NCBI GenBank assembly: GCA_052279835.1
Contig: CP181291.1
Location: 2,368,001-2,432,000 of the forward strand
DNA length: 64,000 nucleotides
Source of the DNA: Microcoleus sp.
Lineage (GTDB): Bacteria; Cyanobacteriota; Cyanobacteriia; Cyanobacteriales; Microcoleaceae
Direction of reading: 5' to 3'
The first letter of the stretch is position 1. Each line of letters starts with the position of its first letter. The translations under genes were made by a program, and so were the position numbers. Under the pieces are notes generated by a model, which worked only from the letters and a program-made list of their open reading frames with translations, had not been told where the DNA came from and did no database searches. This document shows, in pieces, positions 42,415 through 51,529 of this stretch.

Positions 42415-42724
42415 AGTGGTGTCTTGGTTAGAAGTTATTGTGGTAGTTGTCAATGCTGAAGCTGGGGGCTTCTGAATTTACTATTTCGATCTAAATTATG
42501 GGCGATCGCGACTCTGATTACCAGTCGTGGACGCCCAAACTAGATTTCTGAAGGTAATTGCTTCATTTTAGGTTGAGGACGATCGCGAGAAACTGGGTAT
42601 TTTTGACAGTCCTGGGCGCACTCTGAGTCAAAAACCTGGTTTCTGCGTGAATATTTGTCGAAAAAAACGACAATTTTTGGAAGAAACCGGGTTTTTTGCG
42701 TCCAGGACTATCTTCCTTCTTCCT

Positions 42725-43936
42725 TTACTGACCTTGCTTCAGCAACTGCTCAAAATCCGTTGGCGGCAAAGGACGACTGAACAAATATCCTTGCATATAA
42801 TCGCATTGATAGCGCATGATAAAATCTTTTTCGGATTCCGTTTCAACACCTTCGGCAATTACTTCCAGACAGAGACTGTGAGCCATTTCAATAATAGCTT
42901 TTACAATCGCTGCATTTCGAGAACCATCTGTGATATTACGAATAAATGAGCGGTCTATTTTTAAAGTATCGAAGGGGTATTGTGTCAGATAGCTTAAGGA
43001 AGAATAACCTGTTCCGAAATCGTCAATAGAAATAGAAACTCCCAATTTTTTCAATTGTGTCAAAGTAGCGATCGCGCTTTCGGTATCCTCTATCATCAAA
43101 CTTTCCGTTAACTCTAATTCTAAACTGTTTGGTTCCAAACCAATTTTTTCTAAAATTTCTGCCACTCTAGTGCTGAGTTCCGGTTGATGAAATTGACGAG
43201 GTGATAAATTAACCGCCACCCGCAACCCAGAAAAACCATCATTTTGCCAAGATTTTAAATGCTTGCAAGCTGTCTGCAATATCCACTCGCCCAAGGGTAT
43301 AATAAAGCCCGTTTCTTCAGCAACCGGAATAAATTCTGTAGGTGGAATCAATCCTTTTTCCGGGTGTATCCAGCGCACCAAAGCTTCTGCACTGACAATC
43401 TTACCGGTAGTTAGACTAACCTGGGGCTGATAGTAAACCTGGAATTCTTCTCGTCTTAAAGCAGTGTATAAGCTTTTTTTCAGTATGATTAATTTTTCAG
43501 AGGCATCTTGTTCTATGATATGCTCGTTGGTTTGTATTTGTAAATTATTGTATTGCTCGACAAAAGCTTCTTGTTTCTTCAACCGACTGGCGATCGCCCC
43601 TACCAGTTCAGCTTTAGTAAAAGGTTTAGTCAGGTAATCATCGGCTCCCAATTCCATGCCCTGCCGCATTTCAGCGCGATCGGCTTTACCAGTCAGAAAG
43701 ACAAAAGGTACTGTGGCAGTAGCAGGATTCGCTCGCAAGGCCATCAGCACCCCATAACCATTAAGTTCCGGCATGATCACGTCGCAAAGAATCACATCGG
43801 GCAGATTGGACATCGCTAAAGATAAGCCCTGCATTCCATTTTCGGCCCCCATCGCATCAAAACGTTCAAACTTGAGGATTTTGATAATATTCTCCCGAAT
43901 CACACGATCGTCCTCGATCACTAAAATTTTTTTCAT
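42725..43936 (-). CDS. Response regulator with EAL (c-di-GMP phosphodiesterase) domain
   Basis: Receiver, then YYQP, AEALVRW, VNLS, ELTES, IDDFGTGYSS, LKIDRSF, AEGVE, QGY. Confidence 0.95.
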   Translation of the reverse strand: MKKILVIEDDRVIRENIIKILKFERFDAMGAENGMQGLSLAMSNLPDVILCDVIMPELNGYGVLMALRANPATATVPFVFLTGKADRAEMRQGMELGADDYLTKPFTKAELVGAIASRLKKQEAFVEQYNNLQIQTNEHIIEQDASEKLIILKKSLYTALRREEFQVYYQPQVSLTTGKIVSAEALVRWIHPEKGLIPPTEFIPVAEETGFIIPLGEWILQTACKHLKSWQNDGFSGLRVAVNLSPRQFHQPELSTRVAEILEKIGLEPNSLELELTESLMIEDTESAIATLTQLKKLGVSISIDDFGTGYSSLSYLTQYPFDTLKIDRSFIRNITDGSRNAAIVKAIIEMAHSLCLEVIAEGVETESEKDFIMRYQCDYMQGYLFSRPLPPTDFEQLLKQGQ

Positions 43937-44237
43937 ATACTATTCCAGGACAGCGGTATAATTAATCATTTACCTCAACATCATCTAATCTAAACAATTG
44001 AAAAGCTACACCCCCCTGAGAAAATAACCAAATAGTACCGAAAAAAATTACAAACCTATGAAAAATATTAATTTTCACTGACAATTATATTAAGAATTAT
44101 TTAAGTTTTTATCCCCGACCGTATTAATATGAGGTTGATTAACAAATCTCTAAATTAATTATAAGTGCAATCCTCAAAATCGAGCGGGATAAATGCTAAA
44201 ATAGTTTTCCCACTTGTTAAGGCTAAACTCGCAAACA

Positions 44238-44393
44238 ATGTCAGCTTATTTACCCAGTGGATTCCCTGAACCCGCAGAGATTGGCACTATAGAAGTTAAG
44301 CAATATCCTCAGTACCGCGCTGTCACCTACTCCCACGCTGGTGATGTGCGACAAGCTACTGGGGTTGCCTTCAATCCCTTATTCCAACATATC
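44238..44393 (+). pseudogene. SOUL heme-binding protein, 5' part (codons 1-52), interrupted by the integrated element
   Basis: MSAYLPSGFP...IEVKQYPQYRA...AFNPLFQHI; continues in frame at 60156 as SNNQIAMTTPVE. Confidence 0.88.
44378..44393 (+). repeat. attL core, 16-bp direct repeat CTTATTCCAACATATC
   Basis: Identical to 60140-60155. Confidence 0.95.
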
Positions 44394-44440
44394 GCCATTA
44401 TCACCAAGAATCAATACTTACAGCCGTCCGACTCGTAAAT

Positions 44441-44535
44441 TCTAGACTGATTCTAGCTAGTTAACGTGTTTCTGTCGTTACAGCCGTTGAGTTAGCTTGC
44501 TTGTGAGCCGAGGTCGTCTAGATGAATTCTAGCTA
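44441..44535. promoter_or_regulatory. Candidate integrase arm-type sites (TCTAGA-N5-TCTAGCTA x2)
   Basis: Copies at 44441-44459 and 44517-44535; a similar TCTAGA array lies at 60042-60067 near attR. Confidence 0.55.
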
Positions 44536-44706
44536 CAAAAGAGTCACCTCACCTCAGTACGTTAGCGACACCAAACTGTTTTTGCTTTGGAACCCAGTGG
44601 CCTCAAATGGGTGTTGTAGGTTGTAATCTGCGTCTTGTACCAGATATCACCATAGTCCGGTGAAGTTATGGTGTCACCATAAGCCATCTTGTCCAAGCGA
44701 TAAGCA

Positions 44707-45027
44707 CTAAAGCCACGCTTTAACATATCGGATCTCGTGAGTGCCTGAGCCCAGTATTCTGGTTTTGGCGTTAGGGTCTACAGGTGCGATCGCCACAATC
44801 GAGTTATGCACCTCTTTTGCTGATGGCTGCTTGGGATTTAAACAGCCATCATGTTCCACTAATCCTAAGCAGCATAGTTCAATTAGTTTATCTACGGCTG
44901 CACTCATGTTGCCTTGCGCACGCAAAAGTGCGACAGTCTTGGGCTTAAGAGTTAAGGACACTCTGATGGCATTTTTTGAATTCCCACCTGGAATTAAATT
45001 CTCTAAGGATTTAGGATTGATCGACAT
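44707..45027 (-). CDS. Small putative DNA-binding protein (RHH-like)
   Basis: RVSLTLKPKTVALLRAQGNMSAAVDKLIE fits a strand-helix-helix pattern; ATG start. Confidence 0.55.
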   Translation of the reverse strand: MSINPKSLENLIPGGNSKNAIRVSLTLKPKTVALLRAQGNMSAAVDKLIELCCLGLVEHDGCLNPKQPSAKEVHNSIVAIAPVDPNAKTRILGSGTHEIRYVKAWL

Positions 45028-45090
45028 AGCGATAAAGTTATAATCGAGTCATACACATACATTGATTATAACTTTATCGCTATGTCGATC
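45019..45090. repeat. Perfect 27-bp inverted repeat with an 18-nt loop
   Basis: GATCGACATAGCGATAAAGTTATAATC (45019-45045) / GATTATAACTTTATCGCTATGTCGATC (45064-45090). Confidence 0.95.
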
Positions 45091-45107
45091 TTCCGATAAA
45101 GTCTAAA

Positions 45108-45175
45108 AGTCGGGGGGTGGAATCGAACCACCAAAGAATCGGCTTATGAGACCGACAAACTATCCACTGCGTAGA
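45108..45175 (-). tRNA. 5'-truncated tRNA-like sequence, anticodon CAT (Met/Ile2)
   Basis: On the minus strand: anticodon arm TCGGT-CTCATAA-GCCGA, T arm GGTGG-TTCGATT-CCACC, 3' acceptor strand CCCCGAC, D-loop-like AGTGG; no complementary 5' acceptor strand. Confidence 0.6.
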
Positions 45176-45198
45176 TTTATGGGGTTATTTATACCCAT

Positions 45199-45232
45199 AA
45201 AAAAGGATAGCCCCTACCCAAGACTACCCTTT
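45199..45232 (-). terminator. Intrinsic terminator of the leftward (putative structural) operon
   Basis: On the minus strand AGGGTAGTC...GGCTATCCT followed by TTTTT. Confidence 0.65.
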
Positions 45233-45274
45233 ACATAAAAAGCAAACTAAACTATTTCCTAATTTGATTATAGC

Positions 45275-45478
45275 TTAACCTAAGCTATCTGGCAAGACAA
45301 CGCCATCCAACGCAGCAATAGAATTTAGCTGTCCATTTAGGGCCTCAAAATCCGTCTTTACAAGTTCCAAGTCAGGTTCAATCTCGCATTCCCTGTAAAG
45401 CTCTTCAATCGCATCATTTTGTACTTCTAGGGACTTGAGTATTACCCTAATAATTGCAATCAGTTCAACGTTAATCAT
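45275..45478 (-). CDS. Small acidic hypothetical protein
   Basis: 67-aa ATG ORF co-oriented with the operon; AAGGT upstream. Confidence 0.55.
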   Translation of the reverse strand: MINVELIAIIRVILKSLEVQNDAIEELYRECEIEPDLELVKTDFEALNGQLNSIAALDGVVLPDSLG

Positions 45479-45545
45479 TGATTATTGTATTACCTTTATC
45501 GGTGTACTAACTGTAGATTACAGCAGGCTCATGTGTTAAGTCAAA

Positions 45546-45803
45546 TTATTTGATAAGATTATTTTTTCTCTCTTTTTTGAGCTTTACTTTGACTGTCTTG
45601 ACAAAAGGCCTCATATCACCTTTTGTAAAATCATCTAATCCTTGGTGGCGTTTTTGTAAGGCTAAATCTAACTCCTTGTCTCTAAGAATTTGTTCCCTTT
45701 TTCTCAAAAACTCTCGGCGAATTATCGCTTTACTTGTAGCGGAGTCTTTGTCTTTACTGCCCCTGTTTTTACCAGGTGGCGCTGGTTTAGGCTGTTTACT
45801 CAT
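45546..45803 (-). CDS. Small highly basic protein (possible DNA-binding/core protein)
   Basis: 85 aa, K/R-rich; the start overlaps the end of the upstream gene (translational coupling). Confidence 0.65.
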   Translation of the reverse strand: MSKQPKPAPPGKNRGSKDKDSATSKAIIRREFLRKREQILRDKELDLALQKRHQGLDDFTKGDMRPFVKTVKVKLKKERKNNLIK

Positions 45804-48060
45804 CTCTCAAAATCCTCACTATAGATTTTGACTCTGGCTTAAAAACCCACTTAACAATTGGCACTTTACTAGGTTGCAACATTTTGGCTAAAGTCTCTTC
45901 CACTTGACTGTCGGTCTTAGCTTTTGTGACATCAATCTTTTCAGGTTTTTTATTAGGGTCAAAACCCTTGTGGCCCTCATAAACTGTAAAACAGGCTGGA
46001 ATCTCCTCGACATCCAAATCCGGTTCAATTCCCAAGCACTCACTTAAAAACTCTATTTTACGAGTCTGTTCGGCAATAATTTGTAACAACTGGGTTGTTT
46101 GCATAATCATCGAAATTTCAAATTTTTGAGTCGAATCTCCATTGGACATCGCCTCAGCAACCATCTCGTAAACATCCCCAGCCCATGCCGTCGCATTAAC
46201 ACTTTGCCAAAGGTTGCCATGGGGCGAGGCTTTAGGATTTAGAATCAACCCATTAGCCAGCATTCTAAATAGAGCTTGATTTAGCTGATAGTAATCCTCG
46301 CAATCTTCATTGCCTGTACCACCGGGAGACAAGAATTGCTTAGCTACTGGAAATTTATTCTTTTTCAGTTTAGCAATTCCGAGATACTTGTAAATCTCAT
46401 CTACTTTTTTACAACAGTCCATAGGTTTTACTTTTGTAGGTTGATTTGGTAAGCGAGGGGGGTAGTATTTTGGCGCTGAAGGTGGTGCTACCAAAGGCGG
46501 CAGTATAGGAGTGCTACCGCTTGGGCAAGATGGGGGGGGTAAAGCGTCTAGCGGTGTTACTTTAAAACTGTAAGGTGTGCCATAAAAAACATACATTTCC
46601 TGTGGATAAGAAGGATTCCAATATTTTACCCTTTCAAAGCTATATTTGACTCGCAACACTTCAGTCCCTGTTTTTTGGTTGTCTATCCACCAAAACCCAT
46701 TTCTTAAAAATTCATAATAAGGATCATTTTCCTGTCTTTTACTTGAATAGACAAAACTATAATAATTAATTACTTCCGATATCCACTTACCTTTTCCTAG
46801 CTTGTAATCTGCATAGTATAAATCTGTTTTTTGAGGGTCTAATAATTGTGCGCTATTGTAGGCATTTGGGTTTCGGAATAATGACGCAAAATCTTGCGTT
46901 GTTTCGGTTAGCCAATCGTTTATGGTGCCTGTACCATTCCTTGTCGAAAATTGTAATTTGATTTGACTCCCATTTGAGCAATTTATCTCCGTTACTGGTT
47001 TTGAGACTGGCACAGGTGCCGGAGTTGGCTCAGTTCGAGGCCACGGACTAGGTCTTGGTACTGGCGCTGGCTTGGGTAGCTGTGGGCTGGGAGTAGGACG
47101 TGGCGTTTTTGGAGGCTTAGGAGTAGATTTGGGGCGCGGTGGTTTAGTTGGATTTGGTGATGGTGTTACAGGTTTTTTTAAGTTAATTGGTTGTGGTTTT
47201 GGACTGGGTTTTTTAGGTTTAAGTGACGGTTTAGGTGTTTTTTTTCTGATATCGGCTTTAGGTTTTTCAAGATTAATTTGAGGTTTCTTTTTTAAATCAA
47301 TTTGTGGTTTTTTCTTTGAGGGGACTGGTTCGACAGGTTTCTTTCTGATATCAGCCCTGGGTTTAGGGGTAGGCTTTTTAGGCGGGGTAGGCTTTTTGTC
47401 TTGGTGTGGTTTTACAGGTCGTTCTGACTGAGGACGCGGCGGTCGTTCTGGTTGCGATCGCGATCGCGCTGGTGGTCTCCGAATTGGCTGTCGCGGTGGC
47501 AGATTTGGGGAGTTTGGTCGTCTAGAACCTGTACCGGGCTTGATTCCACCTCCCAATTTTAAAGAGCCCTCATTTTGGGGGTCTCCTTGGTCACGAGCAA
47601 AAGTGGTACAAGCTTCAAGAGGGCCAAATCCGTAGCAAACTTGTATACTAAAGTTGCCAGCCGAATCCCTAGAAATCTCTACTTTTCCTCCAAAAGCCTC
47701 CCCAGAGATTGCAGCGTTACCCTGAGAGTCAGCACTCAGTCCCCCGCCAAAACCCAAGATACGCCCGCTAATACTGCCGCCAATTGACTCAATTCGCCCG
47801 TCTTCCCCTAGTTTGACAGTACCCTCTACAGAAGCACCGGATCTAGTTGCTTTGGAACCTAGTCCAGCATTAATCGAGGCTGTGCGATCGCCAGCATCAA
47901 ACGAGCCGTTTAATCGGTTGGCTTTTAGACCCAAAACGTCGCCTAAGTCTGCCTCCAAACTCGCTTCAGCACGAATACCACCTACAGTGCCTAGGGTTTT
48001 TTCGTAAGTAAGATTAAGGTTCGCATTGTTTTCTGGTGAAGAGCGATTACGACGTGGCAT
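45796..48060 (-). CDS. Large putative virion protein: Gly-rich N-domain, Pro/Lys-rich linker, aromatic domain, C-domain
   Basis: 754-aa ORF in the operon with clearly modular composition; function is inferred. Confidence 0.75.
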   Translation of the reverse strand: MPRRNRSSPENNANLNLTYEKTLGTVGGIRAEASLEADLGDVLGLKANRLNGSFDAGDRTASINAGLGSKATRSGASVEGTVKLGEDGRIESIGGSISGRILGFGGGLSADSQGNAAISGEAFGGKVEISRDSAGNFSIQVCYGFGPLEACTTFARDQGDPQNEGSLKLGGGIKPGTGSRRPNSPNLPPRQPIRRPPARSRSQPERPPRPQSERPVKPHQDKKPTPPKKPTPKPRADIRKKPVEPVPSKKKPQIDLKKKPQINLEKPKADIRKKTPKPSLKPKKPSPKPQPINLKKPVTPSPNPTKPPRPKSTPKPPKTPRPTPSPQLPKPAPVPRPSPWPRTEPTPAPVPVSKPVTEINCSNGSQIKLQFSTRNGTGTINDWLTETTQDFASLFRNPNAYNSAQLLDPQKTDLYYADYKLGKGKWISEVINYYSFVYSSKRQENDPYYEFLRNGFWWIDNQKTGTEVLRVKYSFERVKYWNPSYPQEMYVFYGTPYSFKVTPLDALPPPSCPSGSTPILPPLVAPPSAPKYYPPRLPNQPTKVKPMDCCKKVDEIYKYLGIAKLKKNKFPVAKQFLSPGGTGNEDCEDYYQLNQALFRMLANGLILNPKASPHGNLWQSVNATAWAGDVYEMVAEAMSNGDSTQKFEISMIMQTTQLLQIIAEQTRKIEFLSECLGIEPDLDVEEIPACFTVYEGHKGFDPNKKPEKIDVTKAKTDSQVEETLAKMLQPSKVPIVKWVFKPESKSIVRILRDE

Positions 48061-48092
48061 TGTAGTTTTATGGGTGTAAATATGGGGATAAA

Positions 48093-49400
48093 CTAATTTA
48101 TTAGTCCGTGAGTTCTTAGCGATTGCTCGACAGCTAGTAGCCTCTGAGCCGTCGAAAGTAGTGTAGCCGTGTCGGCAGAGAAAGCACCTTTGTTTGGTGT
48201 TCCCGTGCCTGGTGTCCAGCCAGTCTGACGCGCCCCTACAACTTGCAAGCCACTTACTTGGAAATTAGACGCAGAGACTGCCCCCCCTACAAACAAACTA
48301 CCCCCTACTCCTAAGCCACCAGTTACTACCAGCGCTCCTGTAGTAGGGGATGTAGATGGAACTGTAAGAGGGATTTTAACGTTATCAATTATTAACAATT
48401 TTACTAAAGCAACACTTCCATTGGTTCCTGTTGCTAACCCAGATTCGTAACAAAATGCAATTCCTGGTTGGTAGAAATTGACCCCTATAAATCCACCCGA
48501 AGCGGCGTTAGATAATAACGCAGTTCCTGTCCAGCCATAGCCAGAGTAAAACCCAACTTGAGAATTAACTGTGGATAAAATTTCTCCATTTACGCCAAAT
48601 TTAGTATTAGGGCTATTAAAATTTTTAACACCTGATACAGTTTGATTTCCGGTTAAACCAATATATCTAGCGTCACCTCTAGAATTAGTGAGATAGTTAT
48701 TGTGTTCGTCGCCAGTTGTGTGCTGCGTTAGTACAGTAGCCAAATCAATTTGCTCAACAAACTGAGTCTGAGAAATTACTTCAACAATGCCGTTATTTGC
48801 ACTATTACGCCCTAATAAAGTGTTAGAAGGAAGATTTACCAGCTTTCCTTCTAAAGCCAACTCCAAAGCTGCAATACGCGCCGACAGTTCGGTCAAATCA
48901 TTTTTTTTTGACACGTCAATTGTGAAACCTAAAGACAACGAGATTAAGTCGGTATCCCAGAGTAACCCGTCACCATAGTCTACCAATTGAAATCCCAAAG
49001 CGTCATTTTTTTCTAGCAGTCGTGTTGGATAGCCCAGTCTAGTTCTGAGGTCTAAATAGTCTTTTCTACCGTAATTGAGCAACACATATTCGGCAATTTC
49101 GTTCCAATTCCCTGTGTTGTTTTTACGAGTTAAAACCTTTAATCCAATCTTTTGAGAACTAGACTCCGCTTTGGTTAAGGCAAGCAATTTCTCGCCGTCG
49201 GTTTCTTCTCCTGTTAAGTCGGGAATCTTGCCAATGTTCAAGCTGGTTATGTTTACTACGGCTAGCGCTTGGTCTAAGTAAAAAGCAGTGAGCTCGTTAT
49301 CTTCAAAAGTAAGATCTCGAAAATGAGCAATTTCTACGATTGTATTGGCTACGTAGCTAGGCAGAAAAGAATAATTAAAAGTGCGTGACTGAAGTGCCAT
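48093..49400 (-). CDS. Spike/fibre protein with a P22 gp26 tail-needle-like C-terminus
   Basis: C-terminal VSGLQVVGARQTGWTPGTGTPNKGAFSAD...AVEQSLRTHGLIN resembles the gp26 end as recalled (GARQTGWTAATGTANKG...ALEDALRAHGLI); coiled coil ELSARIAALELAL; fibre motifs GNQTVSGVKNF and TGALVVTGGLGVGG. Confidence 0.8.
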   Translation of the reverse strand: MALQSRTFNYSFLPSYVANTIVEIAHFRDLTFEDNELTAFYLDQALAVVNITSLNIGKIPDLTGEETDGEKLLALTKAESSSQKIGLKVLTRKNNTGNWNEIAEYVLLNYGRKDYLDLRTRLGYPTRLLEKNDALGFQLVDYGDGLLWDTDLISLSLGFTIDVSKKNDLTELSARIAALELALEGKLVNLPSNTLLGRNSANNGIVEVISQTQFVEQIDLATVLTQHTTGDEHNNYLTNSRGDARYIGLTGNQTVSGVKNFNSPNTKFGVNGEILSTVNSQVGFYSGYGWTGTALLSNAASGGFIGVNFYQPGIAFCYESGLATGTNGSVALVKLLIIDNVKIPLTVPSTSPTTGALVVTGGLGVGGSLFVGGAVSASNFQVSGLQVVGARQTGWTPGTGTPNKGAFSADTATLLSTAQRLLAVEQSLRTHGLIN

Positions 49401-49420
49401 TTTGTTTTTTGGTTAATTGA

Positions 49421-50383
49421 TTAAATCATTGATACCATATCTGAAAAAGCGTCGCTAGCTCCCTCCTTAAGTCCTTCTAAAAAATTACCTAGCGCTGGAT
49501 TTTCTTCGGTTATTTTTTCTATTTTGTTGTCAATTACAGAGTTTATTGTAAAAGTTTGTCCTTCTTGTATGCCCCAATTTTTTATTCTGTTATCAATTGC
49601 CGGGATACCCGTCCTAATGTTGTTTCTCGCAAATTTTCGTAGTTCTAGGTAGCCTAATTTGGTAGCCAAAGTCCGCGCGTAACGAATAAAAGTATTAGCT
49701 ATTTCGCCCATCGCATCAATTAATTCATCAGAAATGTCATTCCCGTCCTCAATCTCTTTCGTGATGCTTAATGAAGCTGCTGCGGTAAGGTTCAGAGTTA
49801 ATTTGGGATTGGTTTTTGCCCCTCCAAAAGCAAGATTTACTAACATTCTCCCAGTGCTTTCTCCTACTTGATTTAGAAAAGTATTGTAGCCGTTTTTTAA
49901 TTCTTCTAAGATTGATTTATCGGATTGTGACCAGTCTAAATTAAAAATTGTATTTGTTGTGCCGAGTATTACCTGCTGTAGTGTTGGAAGTAACGCGCCG
50001 ACGGCAATGCCACCAAATTTTAAACCTCCCAAGTAGGCCCACATTGAACCTATGCCGCCCGAAACCACAGCGGTTAGTCCGCTGGCTGAACCAATAAACC
50101 AGCCCGCTACAGCTACCGCTACGCCTCCCGCGATCGCACTACCGGGGTCATTTTTAAACCAGTCACCAAAGATCTTCCAGTCGCCACGCGCGATCGCACC
50201 CAGTAACTCTTTGCCTCCCTCAAACATTCTTTTGCCGAGATCTAAGGCACTTTTAACGCCAGCCTTGATGCCGTTCCAAACTGTGCCAGCGGCATCTTGT
50301 AGCCATTTGTCTGGGATAATTCCTTCAGTAGAAAAAGCAAGGGCGCTTGACTCTAATGTGACACCAAAAGTTTGAGTAGCCAT
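49421..50383 (-). CDS. Putative membrane/ejection protein
   Basis: 320 aa with Gly/Ala-rich hydrophobic segments (AIAGGVAVAVAGWFIG...) and amphipathic helices. Confidence 0.7.
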   Translation of the reverse strand: MATQTFGVTLESSALAFSTEGIIPDKWLQDAAGTVWNGIKAGVKSALDLGKRMFEGGKELLGAIARGDWKIFGDWFKNDPGSAIAGGVAVAVAGWFIGSASGLTAVVSGGIGSMWAYLGGLKFGGIAVGALLPTLQQVILGTTNTIFNLDWSQSDKSILEELKNGYNTFLNQVGESTGRMLVNLAFGGAKTNPKLTLNLTAAASLSITKEIEDGNDISDELIDAMGEIANTFIRYARTLATKLGYLELRKFARNNIRTGIPAIDNRIKNWGIQEGQTFTINSVIDNKIEKITEENPALGNFLEGLKEGASDAFSDMVSMI

Positions 50384-50436
50384 AGGTTTTGTAAGTGAAT
50401 AGATTTAGAATTTACCCCCTTAAATAAGGGGATAAA

Positions 50437-50934
50437 CTAGGTCAACAACCATTCTGTAGCGGTTTCGGTAACTATTCCACCGCTACCTAAAGTGGTAGAG
50501 TAAGGCAAAGACAAACTTCCTGAGTAAACTCCTTCCGTGTAGTCAAAATCAAGAGTAACTCCTGTTACTTGTTGAGGGTTTTTGGCCTTGTTTCTTTGCC
50601 AGACTAAAGCGTACAAGCAACAATCAATAAAATATTGAGCAAGAGTTGTACTTTTAATTGTCCCCAAAGGATTGCCAGCGTTAAAAGTAGCAGTAGAGTA
50701 ATAAGGCAAAGCGCCTTCAGCAAAAAGGCCTGTAGCTGCTGTGTAGGTTAGCTGACCCTGTAGAGTGAAAGTTGAGGACAAAATCCCATCCTCGCTTTTA
50801 TCGAGACTAAATTTATTTTCACCTCCGCTAGTATTAGATTCTAAAGAATTTATAAAGTGACAAAGCTGGAATAACTGACCCTCAATTGTTGTCGCGTTAA
50901 TTGTAGCGCCTGTACCTGCTGTAATTGTTGCCAT
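50437..50934 (-). CDS. Hypothetical protein with an internal duplication (putative structural)
   Basis: 165 aa; TINATTIEGQLF and TIKSTTLAQYF begin two similar halves. Confidence 0.7.
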   Translation of the reverse strand: MATITAGTGATINATTIEGQLFQLCHFINSLESNTSGGENKFSLDKSEDGILSSTFTLQGQLTYTAATGLFAEGALPYYSTATFNAGNPLGTIKSTTLAQYFIDCCLYALVWQRNKAKNPQQVTGVTLDFDYTEGVYSGSLSLPYSTTLGSGGIVTETATEWLLT

Positions 50935-50938
50935 AAGC

Positions 50939-51151
50939 TTAAAGTTTAAATCCAGAGTTTCTAGAGACGAATTCTTCTACCCTTTCAAGTCTTTGCTCGT
51001 AGAATTCAAGCTTGTTCAAAAGTGTGGCGCGGTCAATTGCGTTTTGTCTAACGTGGGATAAAATTTTGTCTAGGTAAGACAAAATAGGGATTAAAGAAAC
51101 AATAACGCCAACTATTACGAAAATATCGACTTTCAAAGATAAGTTACTCAT
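50939..51151 (-). CDS. Small single-TM protein with coiled coil (holin-like or virion membrane protein)
   Basis: IFVIVGVIVSLIPILSYL TM segment followed by LLNKLEFYEQRLERVEE. Confidence 0.65.
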   Translation of the reverse strand: MSNLSLKVDIFVIVGVIVSLIPILSYLDKILSHVRQNAIDRATLLNKLEFYEQRLERVEEFVSRNSGFKL

Positions 51152-51155
51152 TCAC

Positions 51156-51527
51156 TTAGGTGTCTCCTTTATATTCGTAAGCTAACAGTTCTCCTGCTGA
51201 CGCAACCTTAAGAAACAAATCAAAAGACAATTGATAGTTAGCTTTAAAAGGAAAAACTACCACACAAAGCTCATCAGAGAAAACTAATCTATTTTTTGTG
51301 ACCCTAGCCAAGCCTTGCCCTATCAATCCCGTATTAATGTGTTGATTTACATATCCTATTGCTTGTTTGTCCCAATAGGATTGCGTGACTTTTGCAGCTA
51401 TTGCTAGAATAGGGTTTTCTATAATAGTGGGAGAGAAAACCCTATTTAAAGGATTTTGCGAGCTATCGAAAGAGAGTGACCAAACTAACTCCCAATTCTC
51501 AGGTAAACCGCCAATGGCAACAGTCAT
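51156..51527 (-). CDS. Hypothetical beta-rich protein (putative structural)
   Basis: 123-aa ATG ORF tightly packed in the operon; alternating hydrophobic pattern. Confidence 0.7.
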   Translation of the reverse strand: MTVAIGGLPENWELVWSLSFDSSQNPLNRVFSPTIIENPILAIAAKVTQSYWDKQAIGYVNQHINTGLIGQGLARVTKNRLVFSDELCVVVFPFKANYQLSFDLFLKVASAGELLAYEYKGDT

Positions 51528-51529
51528 TG

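Noticed and set aside
42587..42700. GAAACCGGGTTT-like inverted repeats as a mobile element
   Set aside because: Short and degenerate; look like common intergenic repeats with no defined ends
44214..44438. 74-aa ORF as an independent gene
   Set aside because: It is the 5' half of the SOUL gene reading through attL
45108..45181. Functional full-length tRNA
   Set aside because: No 5' acceptor strand at the expected position and a weak D stem; the nearby GTAGGGG belongs to the terminator hairpin
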